64,000 nucleotides of DNA, taken from an uncultured Rickettsiales bacterium. Lineage in GTDB: Bacteria > Pseudomonadota > Alphaproteobacteria > Rickettsiales > SXRF01. The position numbers and the translations under genes are program-made. The stretch lies in the NCBI GenBank assembly GCA_964518725.1, contig CAZFKP010000015.1:1450-65449 (forward strand), written 5' to 3'. The notes under the pieces are model-generated. The model had not been told where the DNA came from. It did no database searches and was given only the letters and a program-made list of their open reading frames with translations. Positions 38,899-48,893 of this stretch are shown piece after piece; position 1 is the first letter of the stretch, and every line of letters begins with the position of its first letter.

Positions 38899-40245
38899 AT
38901 GCAGACGAACTGGACCACCGAAAGCTGGAGAAACTTCCCGATTAAACAACAGCCTAGCTATAGTAACCGTGAGGCGCTGGCCTCGGTTGAGGGGCAGCTT
39001 AAAATACTCCCTTCACTTGCCTCCCCCAATGAAGCACGGGCGCTGAAAGCCGAACTGGCGGATGTGGCATTGGGCAAGGCTTTTCTGCTACAAGGCGGTG
39101 ATTGCGCTGAAAGTTTTGCGGAATTCTCCGAAGAAAACCTGAAGCGCTATTTCCGGGTCATGCTGCAAATGACCATGGCGCTGATGTATGGCTCCGGCAC
39201 GCCGGTAGTCAAAGTCGGGCGCATCGCCGGGCAATTTTCTAAACCACGCAGCGAAAACACCGAAAAGAAAGACGGCATTGAATTGCCTGCCTACCGTGGC
39301 GACATGGTCAACGGCATGGGCTTTGATGATGTTACACGCTTGCCTGACCCGGAGCGCCTGCTGAAGGTGTACTACCAGAGTGCCGCCACTCTCAATTTCC
39401 TGCGTACCCTCGCTCGCGGTGGTTACGCCTCCCTCTCCCGCATCAACCGCTGGAACATGGAATTCGCCCAAAGCTCGGCGCAAGGTAAGCGCTTCGAGGA
39501 ACTGATCGAGCGCATCAATGAATGCATCGGCTTCATCCGCGCCTGCCGCCTGCCGATCGACGAAGTGGAACAATTTTCTGAAGCCAGCTTTTATACCTCG
39601 CACGAAGCGCTGCTGCTAGGTTACGAATCCTCCCTCACCCGGCTCGACAAGGCTGAGGGGAAATATTACGCCGGCAGCGCGCATATGCTCTGGATTGGTG
39701 ATCGTACACGCGCACCGGATGAAGCGCATGTGGAATTCCTGCGCGGCGTGGCCAATCCGATTGCGTTTAAAGTCGGCCCCAGTATGACCAAGGACGGGCT
39801 GCTAAAACTCATCGACATCCTCAACCCGGAAAACGAGCCGGGGCGCCTGACCCTTATTTCCCGCATGGGTACAGCGAAAGTGGGTGAATTACTGCCGCCG
39901 CTGATCCGCGCCGTAAAAGAAGCCGGTAAAACCGTCGTCTGGTCTTGTGATCCGATGCATGGCAACACTATCAAATCCCCCAGCGGCATCAAAACCCGCA
40001 AATTCACCGACATCCTCTCCGAGGTGCGGCAATTCTTCGCCATCCACAAGGCGGAAGGCACCTTCGGTGGCGGCGTACATTTTGAAATGACCGGGCAGGA
40101 TGTCACCGAGTGCCTCGGGGGTGCACAGGCAATTTCTGAAATTAATTTGAGTGACCGCTACCACACGCATTGCGACCCGCGCCTCAACGGCTCGCAGGCG
40201 CTGGAGTTGGCATTCCTGATTGCCGAGACGCTGAAGAAGTCATAG
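38899..40245 (+). CDS. aroG: Class II 3-deoxy-7-phosphoheptulonate synthase
   Basis: LQGGDCAESFAEFSEENLKRYFRVMLQM, VVKVGRIAGQFSKPRS, WSCDPMHGNTIKS, GGVHFEMTGQDVTECLGG. Confidence 0.95.
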   Translation: MQTNWTTESWRNFPIKQQPSYSNREALASVEGQLKILPSLASPNEARALKAELADVALGKAFLLQGGDCAESFAEFSEENLKRYFRVMLQMTMALMYGSGTPVVKVGRIAGQFSKPRSENTEKKDGIELPAYRGDMVNGMGFDDVTRLPDPERLLKVYYQSAATLNFLRTLARGGYASLSRINRWNMEFAQSSAQGKRFEELIERINECIGFIRACRLPIDEVEQFSEASFYTSHEALLLGYESSLTRLDKAEGKYYAGSAHMLWIGDRTRAPDEAHVEFLRGVANPIAFKVGPSMTKDGLLKLIDILNPENEPGRLTLISRMGTAKVGELLPPLIRAVKEAGKTVVWSCDPMHGNTIKSPSGIKTRKFTDILSEVRQFFAIHKAEGTFGGGVHFEMTGQDVTECLGGAQAISEINLSDRYHTHCDPRLNGSQALELAFLIAETLKKS

Positions 40246-40246
40246 C

Positions 40247-40861
40247 TTAGTGAGCGCCGCCGTTCGGTGAGGTGGCAATGGTTTTCAGCACCTCGTAATG
40301 CTTGTTCAGCATACTGCGGCCAGCGCCGGAAATAACACTGCGCTCCAAGTGCTGGATGGTGGTTTTTGCCTGATCGAGTTCCATCTTCAGGTAGGTTCGC
40401 ATATTCTCCAAATCCTGCAGCATGAAATAACGCTCCAGGTGCACCCGTACGCGCAAGGCAACCTCTTCAAGATCGAGCGGCTTGTTGAGGAAATCATCCG
40501 CACCGCATGTCAGTGCCCGCAATTTAGTGTCACGGTCTTCCAAAGCTGTCTGGACGATGATCGGCATATGGGCAGCATTGGCGTCGCCGCGAATCTGCTC
40601 GCAATAACCAAACCCATCCAGATTCGGCATCATAATATCAAGCAACACCAGATCCGGCATCTGACGATAGGTTTTTTTCAGCGCATCCACGCCATCCACC
40701 GCAGTTTCTAGGTTGTTGTACCCGGAAGCCGTCAATACCGAACAGATAAGCTTGACGTTAAATGGCGCATCGTCAACAACCAGAATGCGAGCCCCTGCAA
40801 AGCGTAAGGCAGGAAACATCTTTGATTTTGTACCAACAATCGGAAAAACTGAGTCGCTCAT
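40247..40861 (-). CDS. Response regulator (receiver domain plus helical tail, no recognised output domain)
   Basis: RILVVDDAPFNVKLICSVLTASGY, PDLVLLDIMMPNLDGFGYCEQIR, GADDFLNKPLDLEEV. Confidence 0.88.
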   Translation of the reverse strand: MSDSVFPIVGTKSKMFPALRFAGARILVVDDAPFNVKLICSVLTASGYNNLETAVDGVDALKKTYRQMPDLVLLDIMMPNLDGFGYCEQIRGDANAAHMPIIVQTALEDRDTKLRALTCGADDFLNKPLDLEEVALRVRVHLERYFMLQDLENMRTYLKMELDQAKTTIQHLERSVISGAGRSMLNKHYEVLKTIATSPNGGAH

Positions 40862-41075
40862 TCATATCCCCCATGGATAAAAGCGTTGTCATCTTATAAT
40901 AATTAACCATGGTTAATTTAAACTTAATTTTTACATCATTTAGTTAAATAAAATAAACTTATTATATTCCGTGGGTTGCAAAAATAATGTAACGCCTATA
41001 CTTCTGAATAAGGCTTGACCCACCCCCCACAAAAAACTATCTCCTGAACTTCAATATTTGTCGGAGGAACAAACT

Positions 41076-41369
41076 ATGGCTAAAAAACCAAACAGGGTTG
41101 GCGGGGTCGCCGTTGACCAACTAAAATCCATCATCGGCCGCGTAGAGAAGCTGGAAGAAGAAAAATCCGGCATTGCCGCCGACATCCGCGACGTGTTTGC
41201 TGAAGCCAAGGGCAGCGGTTTTGATACCAAAGCCATCCGCCAGATTATCAAGCTCCGCAAACTCGATGCATCAGAAATCGAGGAGCAGGAAACCATCCTC
41301 GACACCTACCGCCGTGCGCTGGGCATGTTACCAGAGATGGATGAAGAAGACGAGTTTGAAGCCGCCTGA
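41076..41369 (+). CDS. gapR: GapR family DNA-binding protein (DUF2312)
   Basis: VAVDQLKSIIGRVEKLEEEKSGIAADIRDVFAEAKGSGFDTKAIRQIIKLRKLD. Confidence 0.93.
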   Translation: MAKKPNRVGGVAVDQLKSIIGRVEKLEEEKSGIAADIRDVFAEAKGSGFDTKAIRQIIKLRKLDASEIEEQETILDTYRRALGMLPEMDEEDEFEAA

Positions 41370-42127
41370 TTCCTTAATTCAATATATTTTGCAATCCGGA
41401 TAAAACGGCCATAGGCATAGACCATGGAATAAGTAAATCCGCGCCAGCCACGCAATATGTATAGCCTGAGGATGTAAGGTTTGAAAAACACCACCGGCAC
41501 CTCGAACACCAGCCGCGTGCGGGCAAAGGCCATAGGTTTTTTCTGCATTTCCACAGCCTGGGCGGTAGAATAGTTGTTGAGCTTATCCAGCATATGGGCA
41601 AGCGAACGGAACGATTTATGCAGCACCGGATGCTGCAACAGCCCTGTTTCCCCTTCCCTCACCATCACCGTATCATGCACCGGGCTATCCGAAAATCGCG
41701 CTTTGTTTTTATCATAAAGCCTGAGGCAGTGATTAGTGTGGGCGAATGGCGCCAGCTTTCTTTCGCCCGGCAGCAAATCCCTTACCTTGAGGAAAAATCC
41801 TGTGAGTAACGGTGTGCCGTGCGAAAAAAGCGCGGCGATTTCGACGGCAAGCTCCGGCGTGACCACCTCGTCGGCATCAAGGTTCAGCAGCCAGTCATTC
41901 TTGCACTGCTCTTCACCAAAACGTTTTTGCAGGCCGTAGCCTTGCCACTCGTGCGAAAATACGCGGGCGCCGAGTGACTCCGATACCCGCACAGTCTCAT
42001 CACTGCTGCCGCTATCAACCACAATAATTTCCGACACCCAATCTTTCACACTCTTGATGGTGAACCCGATCCGATCCGCCTCATTGCGGGCGATGATGAA
42101 GCATGAGACGGGCAGGCGGTTAGTCAT
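41306..42127 (-). CDS. Glycosyltransferase family 2 (LPS core type)
   Basis: SCFIIARNEADRIGFTIKSVKDWVSEIIVVDSGSSDETVRVSESLGARVF; NDWLLNLDADEVVT. Confidence 0.88.
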   Translation of the reverse strand: MTNRLPVSCFIIARNEADRIGFTIKSVKDWVSEIIVVDSGSSDETVRVSESLGARVFSHEWQGYGLQKRFGEEQCKNDWLLNLDADEVVTPELAVEIAALFSHGTPLLTGFFLKVRDLLPGERKLAPFAHTNHCLRLYDKNKARFSDSPVHDTVMVREGETGLLQHPVLHKSFRSLAHMLDKLNNYSTAQAVEMQKKPMAFARTRLVFEVPVVFFKPYILRLYILRGWRGFTYSMVYAYGRFIRIAKYIELRNQAASNSSSSSISGNMPSARR

Positions 42128-43346
42128 GGGATGTCCGCTTGTCCCGCAGGTTGACAGCCATCAGCATGCCAATCGGCATCCAGAAAATAATCCAGAACGG
42201 CCCGGCATTACGAATGACGCGGTTTTGATCCGTGATACCCACGCAAAGCGCGTGCAACAAGAGTGCAGTAGCAAGAAAATACATATATTTCCCCTTATTG
42301 TCTTGAGGGGGAGAGCGATAAATACTCAGGCATAAAACGGTAAACAGGTAGAGTGCAGCCGGAATACCTGCATAAAACGCCGTTGAAAGATAGATATTAT
42401 GCGGGTTGTCCCTATTCTGCGCCCCGATTTCTGCCGGTGTTTCCAGATTGGCGCTCCACCCATAACCAAACCATGGGTGAGCAATAATTTTCTCAAGCGT
42501 TTGTTTCCATATCTCGATTCTAAATGACAGCCCACGAGCAAGCATACGGTCATAACGCTGCATCAGCATGTCGTGAATGGTCGGATTATAGATCGATACG
42601 CACACAATAACCGCGAGCAGGATAATAGAAATCAACAGGGTTTTCTTTGATTTTACGGCGCTGATGGCCAGCCAGCCAAACGCAACCAACAAATACATAA
42701 TCGTGCTAACCCGGGTTTCCATCAAAATCAGCATGTAACCGATCAAACAAAACACCATCACATAGAACGGTTTTAGTTTTTTGGTTGTAGTCGTTTCATA
42801 AAGATACAGAATAATCATCGCCGCCATTGTGTACATGTAGGCTGCAACGGTCGGGATATTGGCGCGACCAATCGGGATAAGCCGCAAATTCTGGTATTTT
42901 CCATGATAATTGTACAGGATAAGCGATACGATCGCGCACGCCAACACAGCCAACACCAAGAAATTAAAGAACCGGACGAGATGTTTTTCTTCGATGTATG
43001 CAAAATAGATAATGGTGCCGATCAGGAAGGCGACAATCGCCAGTACATGGTTGATCGTTTTCGCAAATTGTACCGCGCCGTCATTAATAAAAATGGCGTG
43101 GATCATGACGTAAATAAAAAAGACAGAATAAGCACGCAAAAGCGGCTGGCGCGCAATGACCGTAATGCGATCCTTGTGCTGAAATCCATAGTACAGCGAA
43201 GCTGGCAAAAGAAGCCCATAAAATGCGAGCGTAGTAAAAAATCCACCCGTTACGGTATATTGCACCAGGATAAACAGTTCATAGGCAATAAAAAAAAGCG
43301 GTAGCTTCAGATGCTCTCTTACTTTACTTTGCAGTGATTCTGGCAT
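42120..43346 (-). CDS. O-antigen ligase/polymerase-like membrane protein
   Basis: Multi-TM; HPWFGYGWSANLE...NRDNPHNIYLSTAFYAGIPA Wzy_C-like motif. Confidence 0.8.
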   Translation of the reverse strand: MPESLQSKVREHLKLPLFFIAYELFILVQYTVTGGFFTTLAFYGLLLPASLYYGFQHKDRITVIARQPLLRAYSVFFIYVMIHAIFINDGAVQFAKTINHVLAIVAFLIGTIIYFAYIEEKHLVRFFNFLVLAVLACAIVSLILYNYHGKYQNLRLIPIGRANIPTVAAYMYTMAAMIILYLYETTTTKKLKPFYVMVFCLIGYMLILMETRVSTIMYLLVAFGWLAISAVKSKKTLLISIILLAVIVCVSIYNPTIHDMLMQRYDRMLARGLSFRIEIWKQTLEKIIAHPWFGYGWSANLETPAEIGAQNRDNPHNIYLSTAFYAGIPAALYLFTVLCLSIYRSPPQDNKGKYMYFLATALLLHALCVGITDQNRVIRNAGPFWIIFWMPIGMLMAVNLRDKRTSHD

Positions 43347-43454
43347 GGCGTAAAATATCTATAAGCGTTGTGGGAACAAAGGCATTTTTAGCAGATTGGC
43401 AATGAAGAATATACAGCACTTTCAACCAATACAATTACAACGGAAATAAATCCA

Positions 43455-44495
43455 ATGCATATTGTAAATGTTATGTTGGCCAAAGGCGGCGGCGGCATCG
43501 AGCAGGCGGTATTGGATTATTGCGAAGGCCTGCGCGGCCTTGGCCACCGCGTAACCGCCATCGTCTATCCCGGCTCATGGGCAGAGAGCCAATTGCAAGG
43601 TCGTGAGATTTCAACTGTGGCGCTGCGTAATTTCGGCGAATATGATCCGTTTGCCCGGCTACGCATGAAGCGTGCGTTGCTGGAATTGGCTCCCGATGTT
43701 GTGATTACACATGCCAACCGCGCCACGGGAATCTGCCTGCGCGCACTCAAGAAACGCCCATTCCCGTTGGTAGGTGTGGTGCATAATTATTCTACCCGGC
43801 GCTACAATGCCATGGATGCCGTGTTTACCACGACCTACGACCTCATCGCCACACTGGTTGGGCAAGGCATTCCTGAGGAGCGAATTTTCCATATTCCAAA
43901 TATGGTCAAGGTGAGCGAATTGCCGCTGCGCCAACCGCGCCGTAGCCCACCGGTGATCGGCGCCATGGGGCGTTTTGTGAAGAAAAAAGGATTTGATGTT
44001 TACATCGAAGCGCTGGCGCTGCTGAAGGCGCGGGGGTTTATCTTTAAGGCCGTCCTCGGCGGCACAGGCGAAGAAGATGCCGCCCTGCGCGCGCTCGCGG
44101 TGGCCAAAGGACTTGGCACACAGCTCACTTTTTCCGGCTGGGTGGATGACCGCAGGAAATTTTATACTGGCATTGATATTTTCTGCCTGCCTTCATTGCA
44201 TGAGCCGTTCGGCATTGTGTTGCTGGAGGCATTCGCCCATGGTGCGCCGATCATTTCAACCGATAGCGAAGGACCGAAAGATATCATCACCCCCAATTAT
44301 GACGCCATCCTGGTGGCAAAAGGGGATGCCGAGCAGCTCGCCCGCGCCATGGAGCAGTTGCTGAAAGACGCCCCCCTGTGCGACAAGCTGGCTGCGAACG
44401 GCTTTGCCAAGGTAAAAACGCGATACAGCCTCGATGTGGTTTCCACCCAGATTGAAACCGCCCTAACCCAGATCATTCGCTACCATAGAGTATAA
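43455..44495 (+). CDS. Glycosyltransferase family 4
   Basis: GGGGIEQAVLDYCEGLRGLGHRVT; PPVIGAMGRFVKKKGFDVYIEAL; DIFCLPSLHEPFGIVLLEAFAHGAPIISTDSEGPKDII. Confidence 0.92.
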   Translation: MHIVNVMLAKGGGGIEQAVLDYCEGLRGLGHRVTAIVYPGSWAESQLQGREISTVALRNFGEYDPFARLRMKRALLELAPDVVITHANRATGICLRALKKRPFPLVGVVHNYSTRRYNAMDAVFTTTYDLIATLVGQGIPEERIFHIPNMVKVSELPLRQPRRSPPVIGAMGRFVKKKGFDVYIEALALLKARGFIFKAVLGGTGEEDAALRALAVAKGLGTQLTFSGWVDDRRKFYTGIDIFCLPSLHEPFGIVLLEAFAHGAPIISTDSEGPKDIITPNYDAILVAKGDAEQLARAMEQLLKDAPLCDKLAANGFAKVKTRYSLDVVSTQIETALTQIIRYHRV

Positions 44496-44548
44496 CCTAT
44501 TATTATATAATAATTATCACAAATATTAATCCTGTTATTAGGTATAAT

Positions 44549-46459
44549 TTAATGCGCCCTGAGATCACTTGCCGAGTGGTTCATGTCCGTTTCTATCCCT
44601 TTCCCCAGGCTGAACCTGAGTGCATTGGCGATGGCGAGCAGGTCGATACATTCCTGAAACAATGCGGCTTGCACCGGGCTGATATACCCAGCCGCTGCAA
44701 AGCACATACCGATAAGCGACAGCACGATCCCACCCACGGCGCTCTGTAGGGCGATGCGGCGCAGCCTGATACTGATGTGCAACAACTCGTCAACCTTGGT
44801 GAGTGAGTTCTCCATGATGACCACGCCTGCTGCCTCAGCAGTAACACTGCTGTGTTGACCGAAAGCAATGCCGACAGTGGCGGAGGCCAGTGCAGGCGCA
44901 TCGTTAATACCGTCCCCCATAAACAATGTGGGGGCTTTTGCCGTTTCCCCTCGCACTATCGCCACTTTCTGCTCGGGATTTTGTGAGGCCAGCGTTTCTT
45001 CAATATCAAGCAACTTGGCAAGGTAGGTGACCTCCGATTCGCGGTCACCAGATACCAGCATCACCTTGTTGAACTGGTGGGAAGGCGCAAGATGGCCAAT
45101 GAAGGATTTCCCATCGGCGCGTGGCGCATCGCGGAAACGAAACGTCGCGGCATAGGTGCCATCCATCATGATAATACACTCCAGCCCCGCGGCCGTCGGC
45201 GGCAACATCGCGGCAATGTCTGGACTGGTTTGTAAAAGCTTCCTGCGATGGGTAACGCGAACTTCGTGCGTATCCACTACGCCGGTAAGCCCCTGCCCTG
45301 GCTTTTCCGAAATGCTTTCTGCATTAATCAAAGGTAGTTTTGCCGCAGCAGCAGCCTGCAAGATCGCACTTGCTAAGGGGTGTTTTGAATAGGATTCAAG
45401 GCTCGCCGTGCGTTGCAGGATTTTGTTTTTATCCATCCCATCGGCAGGTAGAATTTCGATAAGCTCAGGTTTGCCATAGGTCAGCGTTCCGGTTTTATCA
45501 AAGATCGCCGTGCGGCACGTAGGCAGCCGTTCCAATACCGCAGGATCCTTGATGATGATGCCCAGCCTCGCCGCCATCGAAATAGCACCAATGATGGTCA
45601 CGGGAATCGCAATAATCAGCGGACACGGCGTGGCAATCATCAGCACCGAAAGAAAGCGCAGCGCATCCCCCGTCACAATCCACACCGCCCCCGACGCGAT
45701 AAGCGCAAAGAGCGCAAATGCTCCCCCCAGCTGATCGCCCAAACGCCTGAGTCGCGGGCGCTTCTGCTCTGCCTCCTGCATAACGCCCATGATTTGTGCA
45801 TAACGCGAATCATGCGCGAGTTTTTCAGCCCGGATGGTAAGCACCGCATCGCCATTTATCGCCCCAGAAAGTACTGCCGCACCGGGGGCTTTCGAAACAC
45901 GGTAAGGCTCACCTGTGAGATACGATTCGTCCATCGAGCCATGCCCCTCGATCACGTTGCCATCCACCGGCGCAGTTTCATGCGGAAAGACCACGATTTC
46001 ATCGCCAATGCTAATATCGGCGAGGGCAATTTCCTCTATCTTCCCGGCGCGTCTGCGATGGGCTGACGATGGCATGCGATCCGACAACGCACGCAGTGCC
46101 GAGGAAGCCTTCCGCAGCGCATACATCTCCAGCGCCTGCCCTCCCGAAAGCATAATAATAATGAGAACAGCCGCCAGATGCTGACCAAGCAATGTCGCTG
46201 CTAGCAACGTGATGACACCCAGAAAATCGGCGCCAACATCGCCCTTTGAAAGTTTACTAATAATCTGCACCAGTAGCGGTATACCGCCCAAAACAATCAC
46301 CATCAGCAAGGGGGTATCTGCCGCCGCGATATTGGCGATATCGGGTAGGTTTGCCTCACCGAGTGTAAAATAGAGCCCAATCGAGGCAAGGCTCGCAACC
46401 ACTAGCCGGATATGCCAGCGGGAGGCAGACGGAAGCGATTGATGCAATTCATTATCCAT
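44549..46459 (-). CDS. Heavy-metal translocating P-type ATPase (lacks N-terminal HMA domain; TPCPL transmembrane motif)
   Basis: DKTGTLTYGKP, GDGINDAPALASATVGIA, TGEPYRVSK, LMIATPCPLIIAIPVTIIG. Confidence 0.9.
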   Translation of the reverse strand: MDNELHQSLPSASRWHIRLVVASLASIGLYFTLGEANLPDIANIAAADTPLLMVIVLGGIPLLVQIISKLSKGDVGADFLGVITLLAATLLGQHLAAVLIIIMLSGGQALEMYALRKASSALRALSDRMPSSAHRRRAGKIEEIALADISIGDEIVVFPHETAPVDGNVIEGHGSMDESYLTGEPYRVSKAPGAAVLSGAINGDAVLTIRAEKLAHDSRYAQIMGVMQEAEQKRPRLRRLGDQLGGAFALFALIASGAVWIVTGDALRFLSVLMIATPCPLIIAIPVTIIGAISMAARLGIIIKDPAVLERLPTCRTAIFDKTGTLTYGKPELIEILPADGMDKNKILQRTASLESYSKHPLASAILQAAAAAKLPLINAESISEKPGQGLTGVVDTHEVRVTHRRKLLQTSPDIAAMLPPTAAGLECIIMMDGTYAATFRFRDAPRADGKSFIGHLAPSHQFNKVMLVSGDRESEVTYLAKLLDIEETLASQNPEQKVAIVRGETAKAPTLFMGDGINDAPALASATVGIAFGQHSSVTAEAAGVVIMENSLTKVDELLHISIRLRRIALQSAVGGIVLSLIGMCFAAAGYISPVQAALFQECIDLLAIANALRFSLGKGIETDMNHSASDLRAH

Positions 46460-46521
46460 GCGCCTATTGTGCAGTATTCAAGTCCTAAAGCGAGGATAAT
46501 TTGAGGCTTGTTTAGAAAGCG

Positions 46522-46598
46522 TGGCGTGCCCGGAGGGAGTCGAACCCCCGACCTGGAGCTTAGAAGGCTCCCGCTCTATCCAACTGAGCTACGGGCAC
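46522..46598 (-). tRNA. tRNA-Arg(TCT), CCA encoded
   Basis: Minus strand GTGCCCG TA GCTC..GGAGC CTTCTAA GCTCC ..GGGGGTTCGACTCCC.. CGGGCAC G CCA. Confidence 0.95.
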
Positions 46599-46707
46599 AT
46601 AACAGTTAGTTATTGACAGCTTGCGCCTATCTACACTAACAACCAACCACCAACAACTGGTTAATGCTTGGCTATTGTCGGTTCCAGGCGTTGTTGGCTT
46701 ATTGTGG

Positions 46708-46784
46708 GGGCGGTTAGCTCAGCTGGTTAGAGCGCCACGTTGACATCGTGGAGGTCGATGGTTCGAGTCCATTACCGCCCACCA
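46708..46784 (+). tRNA. tRNA-Val(GAC), CCA encoded
   Basis: GGGCGGT TA GCTC..CCACG TTGACAT CGTGG..GGTTCGAGTCC..ACCGCCC A CCA. Confidence 0.95.
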
Positions 46785-46856
46785 TTCCCAAATTTTAGAA
46801 CTAAATTACCCCACATATATCACTCGGCGCTAACACCGTTTTCAGACAAGCAGGCA

Positions 46857-46886
46857 AACAAAAGGCTGCACCCGCAGGGTGCAGCC
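46857..46886 (-). terminator. Rho-independent terminator for minus-strand transcript
   Basis: Minus strand GGCTGCACCCtgcGGGTGCAGCCtttt: 10-bp perfect stem plus U-tract. Confidence 0.88.
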
Positions 46887-46905
46887 CTCGTAGTCTATGC
46901 CGCCG

Positions 46906-47160
46906 CTAGAGGCTTTGGCCGCCGGAAACTTCAATGCGCTGCGCATTGATCCAGCCTGCACCATCATCGAGGATAGCCGCGACCGCGCCGCCAATATCGG
47001 CGGGAAGACCGACACGGCCACCCTAACGGATTCGAACAAACTATTCGCACGCTGTATTTCTTCGAGAAGTTTGCTCGAACGTTCTGAATACGCTCCGTTA
47101 GGGACCACCATTTCCCGCGGAATTCAAAGCTTTCTTGACGTGCCGCTTGTGATTGATTGC
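46906..47160 (-). pseudogene. C-terminal remnant of a short-chain dehydrogenase/reductase (SDR)
   Basis: Minus strand frames together encode ...NPLG / GRVGLPADIGGAVAAILDDGAGWINAQRIEVSGGQSL*, with frame changes and in-frame stops upstream. Confidence 0.72.
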
Positions 47161-47375
47161 GGCAAGCCGTGATGGGGGTTGGCAGGCGCCGCATCGGCAA
47201 ACTGGATAATGGTCGGTGGCGGCGACGGTGCGGCGTTGGCTGGCGGCACAACGATACTCGGGCGTGGCTGATTCATACCCGGTTGGCGCGGCGTAAACAT
47301 CGGAAGTCTCGGTGCGGTGATTTCTCCCTTGGGAGCGGCGGGTGACGGCGGCAATATGGGCGGTTTCTCAGTCAT
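47124..47375 (-). CDS. Proline-rich hypothetical protein
   Basis: MTEKPPILPPSPAAPKGEITAPRLPMFTPRQPGMNQPRPSIVVPPANAAPSPPP; start overlaps ogt stop. Confidence 0.4.
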   Translation of the reverse strand: MTEKPPILPPSPAAPKGEITAPRLPMFTPRQPGMNQPRPSIVVPPANAAPSPPPTIIQFADAAPANPHHGLPQSITSGTSRKL

Positions 47376-47851
47376 TGCTGTTCCAGTTTCAGCAGCCATT
47401 CCTTGCGTTTTAGGCCACCGCCATAGCCGACCAGCGCACCATCGGCGCCGATCACGCGATGGCACGGAATGATGATGGAAATCGGGTTGCGGTTATTGGC
47501 CATGCCTACCGCCCGTGCTTTCTTCGCATCGCCCATGCGCGCCGCCTGTTCGCCGTAGCTGTTGGTACGCCCATAAGGGATTTTCTGTAGCGCCCGCCAG
47601 GCATTGATCTGGAACACCGTTCCCTTCAACTCAATCGGCAGGTCAAACGCCGTGCGTTTTCCGGTGAAATATTCGGCGAGTTGTGCCTCGGTCTTAAGCA
47701 GCAGCGGATGGCTCGACGATGGTACACATTCATCGTTGAGCGCCGGATGGTTTTCTTTGCCGCCATCAAAGCCAACATACCGCAAGCCTTTATCGGAGAC
47801 GACCAGTTTTAGTTTTCCAACCGGTGATGCCATGGTTTTCTCGTAGAGCAT
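47372..47851 (-). CDS. ogt: Methylated-DNA--[protein]-cysteine S-methyltransferase
   Basis: FQINAWRALQKIPYGRTNSYGEQA ... NPISIIIPCHRVIGADGALVGYGGGLKRKEWLLKLE. Confidence 0.95.
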   Translation of the reverse strand: MLYEKTMASPVGKLKLVVSDKGLRYVGFDGGKENHPALNDECVPSSSHPLLLKTEAQLAEYFTGKRTAFDLPIELKGTVFQINAWRALQKIPYGRTNSYGEQAARMGDAKKARAVGMANNRNPISIIIPCHRVIGADGALVGYGGGLKRKEWLLKLEQQ

Positions 47852-47860
47852 AAAATCCCC

Positions 47861-48628
47861 CTAGACGGTTCCAAAACTCTTTATCAGACTGCCACAGAGC
47901 ATGTACCAGCCGTCAATGAGCACAAAAAAGATAATCTTGAATGGTAGGGAAATAACAATCGGCGGCAGCATCATCATCCCCATCGCCATCAGGATGGAGG
48001 CGACCAGCATGTCGATGATAATAAACGGTACGAAAATCAGGAACCCAATCTCAAACGCGCGTTTCAGCTCGCTAATCATGAAGCCGGGAATAAGCACGCG
48101 GTATGGTGTTTCCTCCGGTTCCTTGATGACCAACCCTGGCGACATATCGACAAATAACTTCAAATCCTTGTCACGCACATGCGTCAGCATGAAATTATGA
48201 AACGGCTCTCCGATTTTCTCGAGCGCTTCTTTTGCTTCTATTTTCTCCTCGATCAGCGGCTGCACACCATTGTCATAAGCCTTCTCAAAGGCAGGCGCCA
48301 TGATGAAAAAGGTGAGGAACAGTGCTAACGAAATCAGCACCTGGTTCGGTGGCGTCTGCTGCAGACCCATGGCACTCCGCAGGAACGAAAACACAATCAC
48401 GATCCGCATGAACGAGGTCATCATCACCAGAATCGACGGAGCAAGGCTGATAACGGTGATGACGGCAATGAGCTGGATCAGCTTGCCGGAAGCGGTAGCA
48501 CTGCTTGTATCGCCGAGGTTGATGTTCATCGACTGGGCGAAGGCGGGCGCTGCACACAACGCGACCCCGGCAAACACCACGCCCCATGCCAACATACCGA
48601 TGGGTTTTTTTATCTGGTGGTTAGGCAT
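47861..48628 (-). CDS. fliP: Flagellar biosynthetic protein FliP
   Basis: LAPSILVMMTSFMRIVIVFSFLRSAMGLQQTPPNQVLISLALFLTFFIMAP; MGMMMLPPIVISLPFKIIFFVLIDGW. Confidence 0.97.
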   Translation of the reverse strand: MPNHQIKKPIGMLAWGVVFAGVALCAAPAFAQSMNINLGDTSSATASGKLIQLIAVITVISLAPSILVMMTSFMRIVIVFSFLRSAMGLQQTPPNQVLISLALFLTFFIMAPAFEKAYDNGVQPLIEEKIEAKEALEKIGEPFHNFMLTHVRDKDLKLFVDMSPGLVIKEPEETPYRVLIPGFMISELKRAFEIGFLIFVPFIIIDMLVASILMAMGMMMLPPIVISLPFKIIFFVLIDGWYMLCGSLIKSFGTV

Positions 48629-48893
48629 GCGGCTCCTTTATGGTCTCTACGACGATGTCGCCCTGTGGCGATAACAACAGTAAATGCTCCTGTCCGTCGC
48701 GTTTGACCAGCACTAGTTTGCGTCGTGCATCGAGCATCCTGCTTTCAATCACCTGCAAGCGACCAACGCTACCAGCGGACAGCCACCCTGGTTTTTTTTG
48801 CGCCAGATAGCGCAGCCCAAGCGCGCACATGCCGATCAGCGCCAGGACGACACCGAAGGCCACGACGATACGAATGGGATCAACGACGTCCAT
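48621..48893 (-). CDS. fliO: Flagellar biosynthetic protein FliO-like
   Basis: Single TM followed by RLQVIESRMLDARRKLVLVKRDGQEHLLLLSPQGDIVVE; upstream of fliP. Confidence 0.82.
   Translation of the reverse strand: MDVVDPIRIVVAFGVVLALIGMCALGLRYLAQKKPGWLSAGSVGRLQVIESRMLDARRKLVLVKRDGQEHLLLLSPQGDIVVETIKEPHA

Noticed and set aside
41306-41369. Convergent 3' overlap between the GT2 gene and gapR as a possible antisense control
   Set aside because: Short tail overlap (~64 bp) from a late stop codon is common in compact genomes; no further structure seen.
44549-46459. P-type ATPase with TPCPL motif considered as a novel transporter class
   Set aside because: HMA-less P1B-like ATPases with CPx variants are already known; not unusual enough without a family alignment.
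46842-47251. Three overlapping small ORFs on both strands in this gap
   Set aside because: Better explained as non-genuine frames over an SDR pseudogene and its terminator.
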